From positions 186,001 to 250,000 of the IMG/VR virus record IMGVR_UViG_3300023083_000001: DNA of 64,000 nt. One strand, written 5' to 3'. The translations under genes and the position numbers were made by a program. This document shows positions 37,060 to 47,034 of the stretch, piece by piece (positions within the stretch are counted from its first letter, which is position 1; each line of letters starts with the position of its first letter). The notes under the pieces were generated by a model. That model ran no database searches. It worked only from the letters and a program-made list of their open reading frames with translations, and was not told where the DNA came from.

Positions 37060-38583
37060 ATGGTTGTGCGTATAGATGTCTTTAGCCATTCCTTCATGGT
37101 GACTGAATTATCAGACCGCCAGAATCATGCAACGAAGCAGTTTATCCGAACATTGATTCAATACGAACCTGTGGTTACTGAGGGTCGTAAGGAAATGGTA
37201 CCAGCTCGCGTCTTTGCCTCAACCAACGAGGACCGCGAGTACTTCAGGTTCCACATCAACATGTTCTCAGAATTCCTGGAGCGTCTGCGTTTCGAGCAGA
37301 TCCCCGATCGTGATGTCCAACAACATCACCACAAGTTTGAGGTGCGGGAAGATTCGAAGATAGAACACATCGTCAAGTTCCTGCACAACCCACGTGACAC
37401 TCAGCCGGACATCATCGACTACATCAAGGCTGATGGGGATAACAAAGTCGTTACCCTCCAACCGGGCGGTGGTAAGACACTGATCGCTAAGCACTGCATC
37501 GCTGACTTCGGTGTCAGGACTGCGTGCATCATGCGTGGTAGCTTCATCGATCGATGGGTTCCTGACCTTGAGGATACCTTCGAGCTGAAACGTGGAGAGT
37601 TATTGGTCATCCGTGGATCGCAGTCTCTGAATGCGTTAATGGAGATGGCGTTGGAAGGGGATGAGTTGGGTAAGATCATCATGATCTCCATCAACACCTT
37701 CACCAACTACATCAAGGACTTCGAGAAACAAGGCGCGTCCGAGCAGTATCCGATTCCACCAGGCTACTTCTTTGAGAAGTTAGGGATTCCTTTCGGTATC
37801 TTTGACGAAGCCCACCAGTTCCCCCACCAAGTCATGAAGATGTTCTCTTACATGCACATTGGTAAGTTCCTGTCCCTGTCCGCCACATTGAACACCCAAG
37901 ACAAGTTCATGAATTCAATGTACGAAGTGATGTACCCACGAGGTACACGTTTCGATGGCGGTAAGTTCAACGCCTTTGTTGTAGCTGCATCGATCAAGTA
38001 TTCGTTAAAGGTACCCAACTCTATCCGGTGTAAGGGCTTCCAAGGCGCGTACAGTCATACAACGTTTGAAGCCTCACTGATGGTCAGGAAGAACAAACGT
38101 CTGCTTGACAACTACCTGGCGCTCATCAGCTGGGCGGTTAAAGAGAACTTCACCGATGTAATGATCAAGGGTCAGAAAGCGATCGTGTTCTGTGGGACCA
38201 TCAACTTCTGTACCCTGGTTCAGAAACACTTGCAAGCGCTTCACCCGCATCTTAAGGTGGTGCGTTACGTATCGAAAGACAAGATGTCGGTTATGGACAG
38301 TGCAGACATTATCGTCAGTACAGTCTTGTCAGCAGGTACAGCTGTGGACATCGTGGGTCTCAGGTACAACCTGCTGACCACCGCGATCGATTCGCAGCAG
38401 TCAAATGAACAAACGATGGGTCGGACACGAGTCTTGAAAGACTGGCCTGGTACCGATGTCGTGTTCCATTACTTTGTTTGTGATGGGATCGAGAAGCACA
38501 TGAAGTATGACATGAATAAACGGGAGTACTTCCGGGGCCGTGTTAAGTCGCACGGTACGGTAATGGCTCCTATCAGCGTATAA
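37060..38583 (+). CDS. SF2 (DExH) helicase, phiKZ gp75-like
   Basis: PGGGKT, DEAH, LSAT and QTMGRTR motifs. Confidence 0.9.
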   Translation: MVVRIDVFSHSFMVTELSDRQNHATKQFIRTLIQYEPVVTEGRKEMVPARVFASTNEDREYFRFHINMFSEFLERLRFEQIPDRDVQQHHHKFEVREDSKIEHIVKFLHNPRDTQPDIIDYIKADGDNKVVTLQPGGGKTLIAKHCIADFGVRTACIMRGSFIDRWVPDLEDTFELKRGELLVIRGSQSLNALMEMALEGDELGKIIMISINTFTNYIKDFEKQGASEQYPIPPGYFFEKLGIPFGIFDEAHQFPHQVMKMFSYMHIGKFLSLSATLNTQDKFMNSMYEVMYPRGTRFDGGKFNAFVVAASIKYSLKVPNSIRCKGFQGAYSHTTFEASLMVRKNKRLLDNYLALISWAVKENFTDVMIKGQKAIVFCGTINFCTLVQKHLQALHPHLKVVRYVSKDKMSVMDSADIIVSTVLSAGTAVDIVGLRYNLLTTAIDSQQSNEQTMGRTRVLKDWPGTDVVFHYFVCDGIEKHMKYDMNKREYFRGRVKSHGTVMAPISV

Positions 38584-38630
38584 CTTAGCCGGGGAGAAAT
38601 CCCCGGCCTTTATTTCCCTTAGGAGGGTAG

Positions 38631-38969
38631 ATGGATCTCAGCAAGCTCTCTTACAAAGAGTTAGACACGCTCCTGGAACAGGTCGTCGTTGCCCGTAACG
38701 CAGCTTGGCAAGCCTTAGGTAGCGTACCTATCGAACATCCAGTAAATGGCTGGAACTGTTTCCATTGCGGTATGAAGTTTTACCACGTTCATCAAGCCAG
38801 ACTCCATTTTGGTACCGCAGTGGACGCAACACCTTACTGCCAGTTCTCCCCCGAAGCTCACAACCTGATTCACCGTATTAGGGAATTGGAACTCGAACTT
38901 GAAACCACACGCGAAGTTTTCGCTGAGCATTTAGAAGGATGTAGTGATGTCTCTCAAAGTAAAGTCTGA
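38631..38969 (+). CDS. Zinc-finger-like hypothetical protein
   Basis: AGGAGG RBS; CFHCGMKF...ARLHFG...C. Confidence 0.7.
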   Translation: MDLSKLSYKELDTLLEQVVVARNAAWQALGSVPIEHPVNGWNCFHCGMKFYHVHQARLHFGTAVDATPYCQFSPEAHNLIHRIRELELELETTREVFAEHLEGCSDVSQSKV

Positions 38970-39252
38970 GCCTTTGGAAATAACCTCTTCGACATTCATC
39001 GGGAACTTCCGAACTTCTGATCTCCTCAAATGGAAATCGTCAGCCATTCCAGTGCCACAGGAAATCCTCGCTAAATCAAATCTCTCAATGAACTTGCTGT
39101 TAAATCAGTACAGCCAAGGGAAACTGACGCGTGAACAGTTCCTGGATGCCCTCGAGAAACAAATGGGTCCTCAGCTAGACACTGAAGCAACGATCTCGGA
39201 TGAAACCATCCAGAAGTTCTTGGCGCAAGTCCAACCTCAAGATAAGGAGTGA
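38947..39252 (+). CDS. Hypothetical protein
   Basis: AAGGA RBS; GTGA coupling to next gene. Confidence 0.6.
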   Translation: MSLKVKSEPLEITSSTFIGNFRTSDLLKWKSSAIPVPQEILAKSNLSMNLLLNQYSQGKLTREQFLDALEKQMGPQLDTEATISDETIQKFLAQVQPQDKE

Positions 39253-40304
39253 TCATGTTCGATAAGTATACGTCAGAAGTTCTCGCGCTGATTGAAAGGG
39301 CCATCAACGAAGTTACCGGTCAGGTGGTGACTGATGCTGAAGTCCTGGACATCCTTAAAGAGCTGGATAATCGCGGCCTTGAGGTTAAGGTCAAGCCGCG
39401 TGTACTGGATGAGCTGCAAGCCGAGTTTGCGAGAACAACTCACGACATGCCTTTCATCATCCGTCCTCAAAGCTTGCCGTTAGTGGAGGATAGAGTGTCG
39501 GTTCGTCGTGAGGAAGTCCACGGTGGGGTGGATTACTTCGCTTACTACAGACAGCCCAATAAAGCCACAGCTGAAAGGGTGAAAGCTGAGTTCGATAAGG
39601 AACTGGGCTGTACCGACAAAACGAAGATCGTTACCGTACCATCAGAACAATCGGTCGTATCGGGTACGGCCGCAGCAGTTGTCTCGACACTGAGCCCACT
39701 AGGTGTATCACCAGCCTTTATGGTGGACGGTAAGTACAACGCCGAAATGCACCGTATGATGATCGATGAGGAGATCAACAATCCGACTTACCCGCATGTG
39801 ATGAAACTTCTGAAGCCTAACCTCGTAGTGGACTTGGAAGACCTCAAACGGAAAACCGAAGGACTCGATCCCAACGACGCGTTTCTGACGCAAGAGCAAC
39901 AAGGGTGGATCGTGCAACGTTGTAATGTTGACAAAGAGTATTTCGAAGCAAAGGTGGCCATGATCGATCGCAAGCTTATCGCCGACATTGATATCTCTGA
40001 TACCTATCCGAAAACAATGACGTTAGCGGTAGATCTCCCACCCTCCCCTTTCACGGTGGTTATTCATCATGACTGGGAGGTGGATTTGATTCGTTCCGAC
40101 AGAACCTCGTTCTTCAAACGGGACGAGTATTCTGTTCTTCTTGCCGATTTAATGAAAGTCGTTACGGATGTCCGGGCCGCAATACAACGAACTGAACATT
40201 CCAGCAGAAACGATATTAATGTATCTATCACAATGAGCATTGCTGCAATGTTTGATAGTAACCCGAACTTCAAAGGTGTGACTTACCTCAGTCCCAAGAC
40301 GTAG
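39249..40304 (+). CDS. Hypothetical protein
   Basis: 351 aa, TAAGGAG RBS. Confidence 0.75.
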   Translation: MIMFDKYTSEVLALIERAINEVTGQVVTDAEVLDILKELDNRGLEVKVKPRVLDELQAEFARTTHDMPFIIRPQSLPLVEDRVSVRREEVHGGVDYFAYYRQPNKATAERVKAEFDKELGCTDKTKIVTVPSEQSVVSGTAAAVVSTLSPLGVSPAFMVDGKYNAEMHRMMIDEEINNPTYPHVMKLLKPNLVVDLEDLKRKTEGLDPNDAFLTQEQQGWIVQRCNVDKEYFEAKVAMIDRKLIADIDISDTYPKTMTLAVDLPPSPFTVVIHHDWEVDLIRSDRTSFFKRDEYSVLLADLMKVVTDVRAAIQRTEHSSRNDINVSITMSIAAMFDSNPNFKGVTYLSPKT

Positions 40305-40307
40305 ACA

Positions 40308-40352
40308 GCATACAGCCCGGCTCACGCCGGGCTGTATGTCACTTCTTTTTTT
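40308..40352. terminator. Bidirectional hairpin of the ACAGCCCGG family
   Basis: GCATACAGCCCGG-CTCACG-CCGGGCTGTATGT plus T-run. Confidence 0.8.
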
Positions 40353-40364
40353 TGTATCAAACCA

Positions 40365-41987
40365 CTACTGAGCTGGAGAGTAGTAGATCACGACGTTATT
40401 GCGCTCTTCTTCTGAAGTCACGTAACGCAGGATGTGGTTCAGATCGTAGAGCTTGGCTTCCTGTACACGGCCCGCAGGACGGCGCGTGTGGATCAGCAGG
40501 GTCAGCAGATCTTCGAACGTCGAGGACGCCGACTTGCTCACTTTCATCTGAGCCCAACCACGGCGAGCCTTATCGGAGATGAACAACGTGTTGTAGTTCT
40601 CGTTGATGAAGTCCAGCAGGATGTTCCAGCCTTCGTAGAAGGACTGGGTGTCGCGCTGCATGACCAGACGGATTGCCTTGTACAGAATGACCTGAGCAGT
40701 TGCTGCCGTGGCTTCGGTCAGGTTCGACCCATTCTTGGACATGATGTTCTTGTACTCTTCCAGCTTGGACTTCAGTAGCATGTTATCCACGTTTGCCTCC
40801 GACGGCATTTCAGGTAGTGAATCAAGCAGACGTGCGGCGCTGAAGGACTGAGTCAGCCCCAAACGTTGACGCAGTTGCTCCAGCAACTCTTCTTCAGTGA
40901 AATCAGTATCGATCTCCTTGAGCAGAGCGCTTCGTAGTTCTTTGTACTGCCAGTGGTGGATCGACTTCGCTTTACGAGTCGCATCGTCTTTCAGCACACC
41001 TTGAGAAGTGTACTCAGGACGTTCACCGGTGAGGGCGTAATGCTTGGCTGCTTCGACAGTCCAGTTGCCTGGCATGCGGAAACGTTTGTACAGCTCTTCT
41101 TCCAGAGCCTGCTCATCGACACCCTTAGGTGTCTTGATGCTGCCGTCTACCCAATCGAGCAGTTCGTCAGACGACCAGTCGGTGAGCGTACGTTGACGGC
41201 GGATATCTACCGGCCAGTTACCGCGGCGGGTCTTGGCTGGTTGGACACGCGATTCGTGGTAAAGGAACAACGTTGCGAAGTCCCAACCTTTCAACGCATC
41301 TTCAGGAAGGATACGGCTGTACAACGCTCGCAGATCTTCCTCAGTGAGTTTCTTGGCTTCAGCTTCACCAACGGTTACCTTTTCCCCGCTTTCAGGCTCA
41401 GCAGCCTCAGGCGCTACGGCAGCCGGTTCAGCCTTATCTTCCGGCGCAGCGCCCTGCTCTCCGCTCGACTCTTGAGCTTGGGTGCCTTCGGATGACTGAA
41501 GTCCATCATCCTGGACAGCTCCAGCATCTCCAGTAAGACTGGCTTCGGGTAGCGGGGCATCCACAGCTTCACTCGGACCAGACGTTTCGAGAGTTTCGCT
41601 GCTGTCATCTTTCGACTCAGCAGGGGCTTCTGAGGCTTTGCCGCCATCCGATTCGTCTGCCGCGCTGTCATCCGAGGACTTGCCGCTTTCGCTACCTGAA
41701 TCCTGATCAGACGCCTGGTTGGGTTCGCCGACAACGTCAGGGAATTCCTTCGGTTCAGCTGTAACAGTGCTACGCTGGTCTTTATTGACATTGGAGTTAC
41801 CTTCCACCGGATCGCTGGCAGGTCCTGGTTCCAGGATGGTATCGGATCCTGGAATGTGTTCAACGTCGCCAGTTGCACCACCTTTGTTGTCGGTGTTATC
41901 CAACACTTGACCCGAAGTAGGATCTTGCATTGGGGCGTTGTTCTGATTACCCGCTACAGGGTTCTTTCTGTTGTTCTTGGAAGACAT
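40365..41987 (-). CDS. Conserved protein downstream of the vRNAP gene, with acidic disordered N-terminus and internal repeats
   Basis: 540 aa; phiKZ gp79-like position. Confidence 0.65.
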   Translation of the reverse strand: MSSKNNRKNPVAGNQNNAPMQDPTSGQVLDNTDNKGGATGDVEHIPGSDTILEPGPASDPVEGNSNVNKDQRSTVTAEPKEFPDVVGEPNQASDQDSGSESGKSSDDSAADESDGGKASEAPAESKDDSSETLETSGPSEAVDAPLPEASLTGDAGAVQDDGLQSSEGTQAQESSGEQGAAPEDKAEPAAVAPEAAEPESGEKVTVGEAEAKKLTEEDLRALYSRILPEDALKGWDFATLFLYHESRVQPAKTRRGNWPVDIRRQRTLTDWSSDELLDWVDGSIKTPKGVDEQALEEELYKRFRMPGNWTVEAAKHYALTGERPEYTSQGVLKDDATRKAKSIHHWQYKELRSALLKEIDTDFTEEELLEQLRQRLGLTQSFSAARLLDSLPEMPSEANVDNMLLKSKLEEYKNIMSKNGSNLTEATAATAQVILYKAIRLVMQRDTQSFYEGWNILLDFINENYNTLFISDKARRGWAQMKVSKSASSTFEDLLTLLIHTRRPAGRVQEAKLYDLNHILRYVTSEEERNNVVIYYSPAQ

Positions 41988-41993
41988 GGACAG

Positions 41994-43286
41994 TTACCTC
42001 AAAAAGCCCTCTACATCCAGAGGGGTGGTTTTCAGTTCCTTAGCGTGGGCAGATCCCATCATCACGGCCATCATGGTCGAGGGGATCTCGCTAATCATGG
42101 AACCGACAGAGTCGGGGTACTGGCTTACCTTGTCGCCCATGCACACGGTACAGACATCGCCACGTGGGGTAATGCAGTAGGTGGGGGCAAAGATACCGTA
42201 GAGTTTGCCTTCGTATGTTCCCAGGTTCTCAGCGGTGATCTTGACGGGTTTACCATCGTCTAACAGCGTGCGGCCAATCCGACGTTTATCGATAATCACA
42301 TCCAGTGTGTTCTTGGTACCACAGAACTCTTTGACGATCCGGGCGTTCTGGAAGATACGTCCCATCAAGTCCACGTCTTCACCCGCCAGTGCAGTCAGAG
42401 CACCACGGTAGTAGGAACCTGCCCGCAGTGAGTTGACCATGTCTGGATACTTGGTGACATCCAGACCTTCATCCAGAGAGTTCTTGATCAGTGTGGCGCG
42501 TCCGCCTTCAGAGAAGCCGGCCTCTGGGCCGTGAATCAGGAACATGCGTTTGAGCGCAGTGTTCAGAGACTTCTTCTTATAAAGGAATCCTTCAGCAGGA
42601 TCCCCCTTTAAGTTGTTCTCTATGTAGTTTTTCACCAACGCGTCTTGAATCTTGGACTGAGCCACTGGGTCGTCAATCTGATCCTTGTACTGCTCAAACA
42701 GTTCATCGCGCAGCTTGGTGTTGTTGGCAGGCGCTTGAAGCGACTTCTCCGTTACAGAAGGTACAAACAACTCATACCCCGCCAGGTCGCCAATAGCTTT
42801 GCCAAAGCGCAGCCAATGTTTGACGTACAACTGACCAGCGACATCCCTCCCCTCCGAAGGGTCATCCTGCATACGGTCAACGAAGATCTGTTCGATACTG
42901 CCCAAGTCAACAGGGCCGACTTGATATTCGATACGATCCTGCGCTGCGTAAACCAACACGCGGCTGTTGAAGATGAGATCGCCCCATGTACCATTCTCCA
43001 GATCGACCTTCAGGTTCTCAACATCACCTGCTTTGATCGGTCCGGTTTCTTCGTGGTAGATGAATGGAATCTCGTAAGGGTTAACGCCCTCAAGTGGTTG
43101 CCATTCAAAAGTCCCCGTTTCATTAGGGACATACACCTCAACGCCTTCGGGGTTGTGTTTCAACGCCCAAGGTTCTGGTTCACCACCGATGTCAATTACA
43201 ACACTCATGGCACGCAACATCCATTTACGGTCGTAATGCGCTTTGGCCTTGAGAGACCCGATAAAGTAATCGTACTTACGCATCAC
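41994..43286 (-). CDS. rpoC: Virion RNA polymerase beta' subunit (phiKZ gp80-like)
   Basis: NSL.EG, N.LRAGSY.RG..TA..G, FCGT, APTYC...CTVCMG and MMGSAH motifs. Confidence 0.85.
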   Translation of the reverse strand: MMRKYDYFIGSLKAKAHYDRKWMLRAMSVVIDIGGEPEPWALKHNPEGVEVYVPNETGTFEWQPLEGVNPYEIPFIYHEETGPIKAGDVENLKVDLENGTWGDLIFNSRVLVYAAQDRIEYQVGPVDLGSIEQIFVDRMQDDPSEGRDVAGQLYVKHWLRFGKAIGDLAGYELFVPSVTEKSLQAPANNTKLRDELFEQYKDQIDDPVAQSKIQDALVKNYIENNLKGDPAEGFLYKKKSLNTALKRMFLIHGPEAGFSEGGRATLIKNSLDEGLDVTKYPDMVNSLRAGSYYRGALTALAGEDVDLMGRIFQNARIVKEFCGTKNTLDVIIDKRRIGRTLLDDGKPVKITAENLGTYEGKLYGIFAPTYCITPRGDVCTVCMGDKVSQYPDSVGSMISEIPSTMMAVMMGSAHAKELKTTPLDVEGFLR

Positions 43287-44166
43287 CTTCTCCGAAAATG
43301 GATTTGTATTTCTCAGCGTAACGAGGACGTAGTTGTTCAGCCTGACGACGAACGTCTATTTCGAAACACAAGTCGTCCAGACATTCGCCGATAGCTACTT
43401 GAGCTGATTCAAAGCTTTCGCTGGAAATAGCGGCCAGGGAGAACAGTTGATCCACTTGTGTCTCAACCGGCTTATCCAACAACCGACCCACATGAACGCC
43501 GTACAGACTTTCAAGCGACGAACCCAGTCCCAAGTTCTGAGAACCTAACGTAGCGCCGAGAGAATCACCGTTAGCTTTTACCAAACGTGATAATCTTTTG
43601 AGCAAATCAGGCGACCCATCTTCACTGGTAACATCGTCGGTAGTCACTGCGTCCGCGCAGACCTTCCGTACGGTCTTAGTGAAGCCGTCGCTGATCTGCA
43701 CCAACTGTGGGATCCATTCTTCGTAATCGAACGTACCGAGTTGATCCACGATCTTGCAGAAAGCGTCATCAACGTCTTCTGCCGAATCCAGCAGATCAAC
43801 CAACACACCTGGTGTATCGGTAGGATCGAAGTTCAGGATGATATCCGCCGCTTCGGCGAGCATTTCCAGTGGGATGTCGGGGTTGAGTTCTACGCCGCAA
43901 TTGTTGAGCGCACGTTCGGTCGACAGGCGCAGGATCTCGTCAACACTGACGGTAACTTGCTCTGGTCCGATATTGTGCGAACCCAACTCTCCAAGCAGAG
44001 CATCCAGTTCATCCAAGTGAGCCTTCCAGTGGCAGGCGCTTAACGTTTGATTCAGTCGGACATAGAGTTCCTCCAACTCTGGAGAGCAACGGTCACGTAC
44101 TAAGGTACGGATAGTCCACTGAATGATGTCGTCATCTTCAAAATCGGCATCGGGTAAAACGTTCAT
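43276..44166 (-). CDS. Acidic hypothetical protein
   Basis: 296 aa, GGGAG RBS, coupled to the vRNAP gene. Confidence 0.75.
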   Translation of the reverse strand: MNVLPDADFEDDDIIQWTIRTLVRDRCSPELEELYVRLNQTLSACHWKAHLDELDALLGELGSHNIGPEQVTVSVDEILRLSTERALNNCGVELNPDIPLEMLAEAADIILNFDPTDTPGVLVDLLDSAEDVDDAFCKIVDQLGTFDYEEWIPQLVQISDGFTKTVRKVCADAVTTDDVTSEDGSPDLLKRLSRLVKANGDSLGATLGSQNLGLGSSLESLYGVHVGRLLDKPVETQVDQLFSLAAISSESFESAQVAIGECLDDLCFEIDVRRQAEQLRPRYAEKYKSIFGEGDA

Positions 44167-44251
44167 CGGACAAGCTCCCCGTCAGAACTGTAATTAAACA
44201 TAAATACGACCTTATATATGGGTCATCTAAAGCTTCATACTAGAGGTTATC

Positions 44252-44716
44252 ATGTCAGCATCTCATCAAACTACGCGATTCGGTTCGCGAGACGTAGATC
44301 TCAGCGCTCAGTGCGATGAGATTGAAAAGGACACGGTCAAGCTTTGCCGCTCGGTCGGGCTCGCTATCCGCGCAGCTATCCAACCCATTGAAGAACTACC
44401 GCTGTCGTTGTCGCTTCTCGAACAGGCGGGTCGTAAGGCCGACATTCCTAAACTGGGTCAGCTGGTCCAGTCGATTGCTCGCGATCAAGACAAGTTCATC
44501 GCTGAGAAAACGGCCCTCGATGCAAAGTTCGAGTCGCTGAAGAACGACCGCCCTACCAAGAAAGGTAGTCTGTCTCGTTATTCCAACAGCGTATCCTTTC
44601 TGGGTCATGAATACATCGACCTGAACCAACGGATCGCTCAAACCATGGGGATGACGATCGGCGATTACTTCGATCTCATCCAACCACTAACCGAACCCGC
44701 TGAGGCTGTATCGTGA
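44252..44716 (+). CDS. Hypothetical coiled-coil protein
   Basis: GAGG RBS; GTGA coupling. Confidence 0.75.
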   Translation: MSASHQTTRFGSRDVDLSAQCDEIEKDTVKLCRSVGLAIRAAIQPIEELPLSLSLLEQAGRKADIPKLGQLVQSIARDQDKFIAEKTALDAKFESLKNDRPTKKGSLSRYSNSVSFLGHEYIDLNQRIAQTMGMTIGDYFDLIQPLTEPAEAVS

Positions 44717-46527
44717 CCGATAGCAAAACTCCTGACGACGAAGTATCGAAAGACGAACCCGGTGTCCACACCGGTAGCCATCAAGACGATAGCTCTGCAC
44801 CTGCCGAGACGGTTGTTGATTCGGCAAGCGGTGACGAACCTCTCCTGGCACCGCCGGTTGATGAGGATGAAGATACGGTCAGTCAGCATCTGGTTGACGA
44901 TCCTATTCCAGCTCCTGAGCCACAAACAGAACCTGCCGGTCAAGCAGGTGCTGACGAAGAACCTGAAGCAGCGCCTGACGTTTACGCCGGTATCTACACA
45001 CCGAACGAGAACGTCACTGAAACGCTGAAAGTGCTCGACGAACTCACCGACGATGAACTGCGGGCTTTGGCCAAAAACGGTTCGGTACTTCTTTCCAACA
45101 TGGAAGAAGAAGAGTTGATCAAGATCGATGCCATGGTCCGTCAGCAAATCGGACGTAACCAGAAGCATCGTCGTAAGCTGGTTGACGATGGCGTTCCAGG
45201 TGATTGGCAAGCTGTTGAATTCATGCGGGGCGATAAGCCCATCATCGTCTTCATGACAGAAGCTGAACGTGAAGCAATGCAGGTGCTCGAGTTTTACAGC
45301 CGCTCGATCCGTCACGGTACTGGTCAGGATGTTTTCACCGACGGTAACAAGTGGACCAACCTGCCGGCGATTGGTGATTCGAAGATTGCCATGGGTCTGG
45401 TTGACCACAGCAAGAACAAAGATCCGATCGTTGTGCTGCGTCATAAGCTGGGTCTGTCGAGTGAACACTCCGTCCCGATGTGGGGCACGGGTCTTCATTT
45501 GTCTCTTGAAGGACCAGGGGCTCTTGAGAACCTGATGCTTGACACCAAGCTGCTCCTCGAGAAGATCGATCAGGGCCGTGGCAGCAGCGGTTATGTCTAC
45601 AGCGCCTCATCGGTTTACCTGAACCGTGAAGTGGCCTCGTTCGTGCTGAACAAGGTACGTTACTCTACGGCTGGTACTGTGGACGTGGAAACGCTCAAGG
45701 ACCTGTTGCTGCTGACTGACCTGGAACCACTGGCTCTGGGTGCTGCATCGACCATCTTCCCAGACGGTTACATGTTGCAACGTCCGTGTCTCACCTCCCA
45801 GGGTGGTTGTGGTCATGTGATTGAACGCCGTGTGAATCTACGTCGGATGCTCTTTGTCAGTGATTCCAAGCTGACCAAAGATCAGTTGCAGTTCATGTCC
45901 AAGCGTTCGGGTCGTGTTGACATCTCCACCATCAAGACTTATCAGGAGCAGATGCGTCCTCATATTTCCCGCCTGGTGGCGTTGAAGAACGGTCAAGCAA
46001 TCCGTCTGCGCGTTCCGACCATTGCAGCCTACGAGCGTATCGCCGGCGCCTGGATGGACAAGATGCAGAACAAGGCCAAGGAGCTGGTGCAGTCCAACGC
46101 CAATGAACAAGAACGTAACAACTACATGGCTCGGGCTACCAACGTTGCATTGTTGATGGCGTACGGTCATTGGGTTGAAGCGTTTGTGGACTTGGGTAAC
46201 GGTCTTGACGATGATGCAGTTGACATCGTTAGCCGTGCTGGTTCCAAAGATGCAGAAGTTCAGTACAAGGCGGACATGGCGATTGACAAGTTGCTGGAAG
46301 ATCTTTCCGGCGACGTTGACTTGGCTACGAAAGTAGTCACTGCGATTGAGCAGTTCATCGTCGACATGACCATCGCAACGGTAGCTGTACCTAAGGCAAT
46401 CTGCCCTAAGTGCGGTAATCCGGTATCGGGTGACGAATCTTCCAAGCATCCACACTTGGTTAATATTAACCCGATCGAACTTTTTTTTACCCTACTCCGC
46501 CACAAAATAATGACTGCCGGCGGATAA
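44713..46527 (+). CDS. Putative tail/baseplate assembly chaperone (T4 gp26-like architecture)
   Basis: 604 aa; C-terminal CPKCG then INPIELFF; slippery T8 at its 3' end. Confidence 0.6.
   Translation: MTDSKTPDDEVSKDEPGVHTGSHQDDSSAPAETVVDSASGDEPLLAPPVDEDEDTVSQHLVDDPIPAPEPQTEPAGQAGADEEPEAAPDVYAGIYTPNENVTETLKVLDELTDDELRALAKNGSVLLSNMEEEELIKIDAMVRQQIGRNQKHRRKLVDDGVPGDWQAVEFMRGDKPIIVFMTEAEREAMQVLEFYSRSIRHGTGQDVFTDGNKWTNLPAIGDSKIAMGLVDHSKNKDPIVVLRHKLGLSSEHSVPMWGTGLHLSLEGPGALENLMLDTKLLLEKIDQGRGSSGYVYSASSVYLNREVASFVLNKVRYSTAGTVDVETLKDLLLLTDLEPLALGAASTIFPDGYMLQRPCLTSQGGCGHVIERRVNLRRMLFVSDSKLTKDQLQFMSKRSGRVDISTIKTYQEQMRPHISRLVALKNGQAIRLRVPTIAAYERIAGAWMDKMQNKAKELVQSNANEQERNNYMARATNVALLMAYGHWVEAFVDLGNGLDDDAVDIVSRAGSKDAEVQYKADMAIDKLLEDLSGDVDLATKVVTAIEQFIVDMTIATVAVPKAICPKCGNPVSGDESSKHPHLVNINPIELFFTLLRHKIMTAGG
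46482..46524 (+). promoter_or_regulatory. Putative -1 programmed frameshift signal
   Basis: T TTT TTT heptamer, 7-nt spacer, TCCGCC/GGCGGA stem. Confidence 0.7.
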
Positions 46528-46976
46528 GGACCAACGCCAAAGGGGTATTCGAAGATTTCATTCACCACGTCGGTAACCTGAACTTTGGGGAGGGTAAATC
46601 GCCCTTCACAACAGGGACTGAGTTAAACGACTTGGTGATGAATGAAACGATTCCCGATGACTGGACCCGTCAACTGGCAATGATGGAAACGTACGATCAG
46701 TCCATGGGGATCTTTGACCATGACTCAGCTGAAATGACTGATCCACTTTCTGTCATTGGGTTCCACCCCGCCGAGGATCCTGTAACAGGAAACAGACTGG
46801 AGATCTTGATGCGTGAGTTGATCGCGTGTCGAATTCCAGAGCTGACCAACACGCCTCTTGCTGAACTCCTCAACTATCCACGTCACTTACTGGATATGTT
46901 GCTCAAGGACGGACGTAAGGCGCGTAAGAAGGAAGAGGCGGATATAACCCAGTTGAACCTGGACTTGTCCGGGTAG
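46488..46976 (+). CDS. -1 frame extension of 44713-46527 (track ORF 46632-46976)
   Basis: Frame is open from 46470 to TAG 46976; no convincing RBS for its internal starts. Confidence 0.65.
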   Translation, partial: YPTPPQNNDCRRIRTNAKGVFEDFIHHVGNLNFGEGKSPFTTGTELNDLVMNETIPDDWTRQLAMMETYDQSMGIFDHDSAEMTDPLSVIGFHPAEDPVTGNRLEILMRELIACRIPELTNTPLAELLNYPRHLLDMLLKDGRKARKKEEADITQLNLDLSG

Positions 46977-46997
46977 CAGTGCGTGACGGAGCGAACA

Positions 46998-47031
46998 GCA
47001 TACAGCCCCGGCTCAGGCCGGGGCTGTATGT
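46998..47031. terminator. Bidirectional hairpin of the ACAGCCCGG family
   Basis: GCATACAGCCCCGG-CTCAGG-CCGGGGCTGTATGT. Confidence 0.75.
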
Positions 47032-47034
47032 CGC

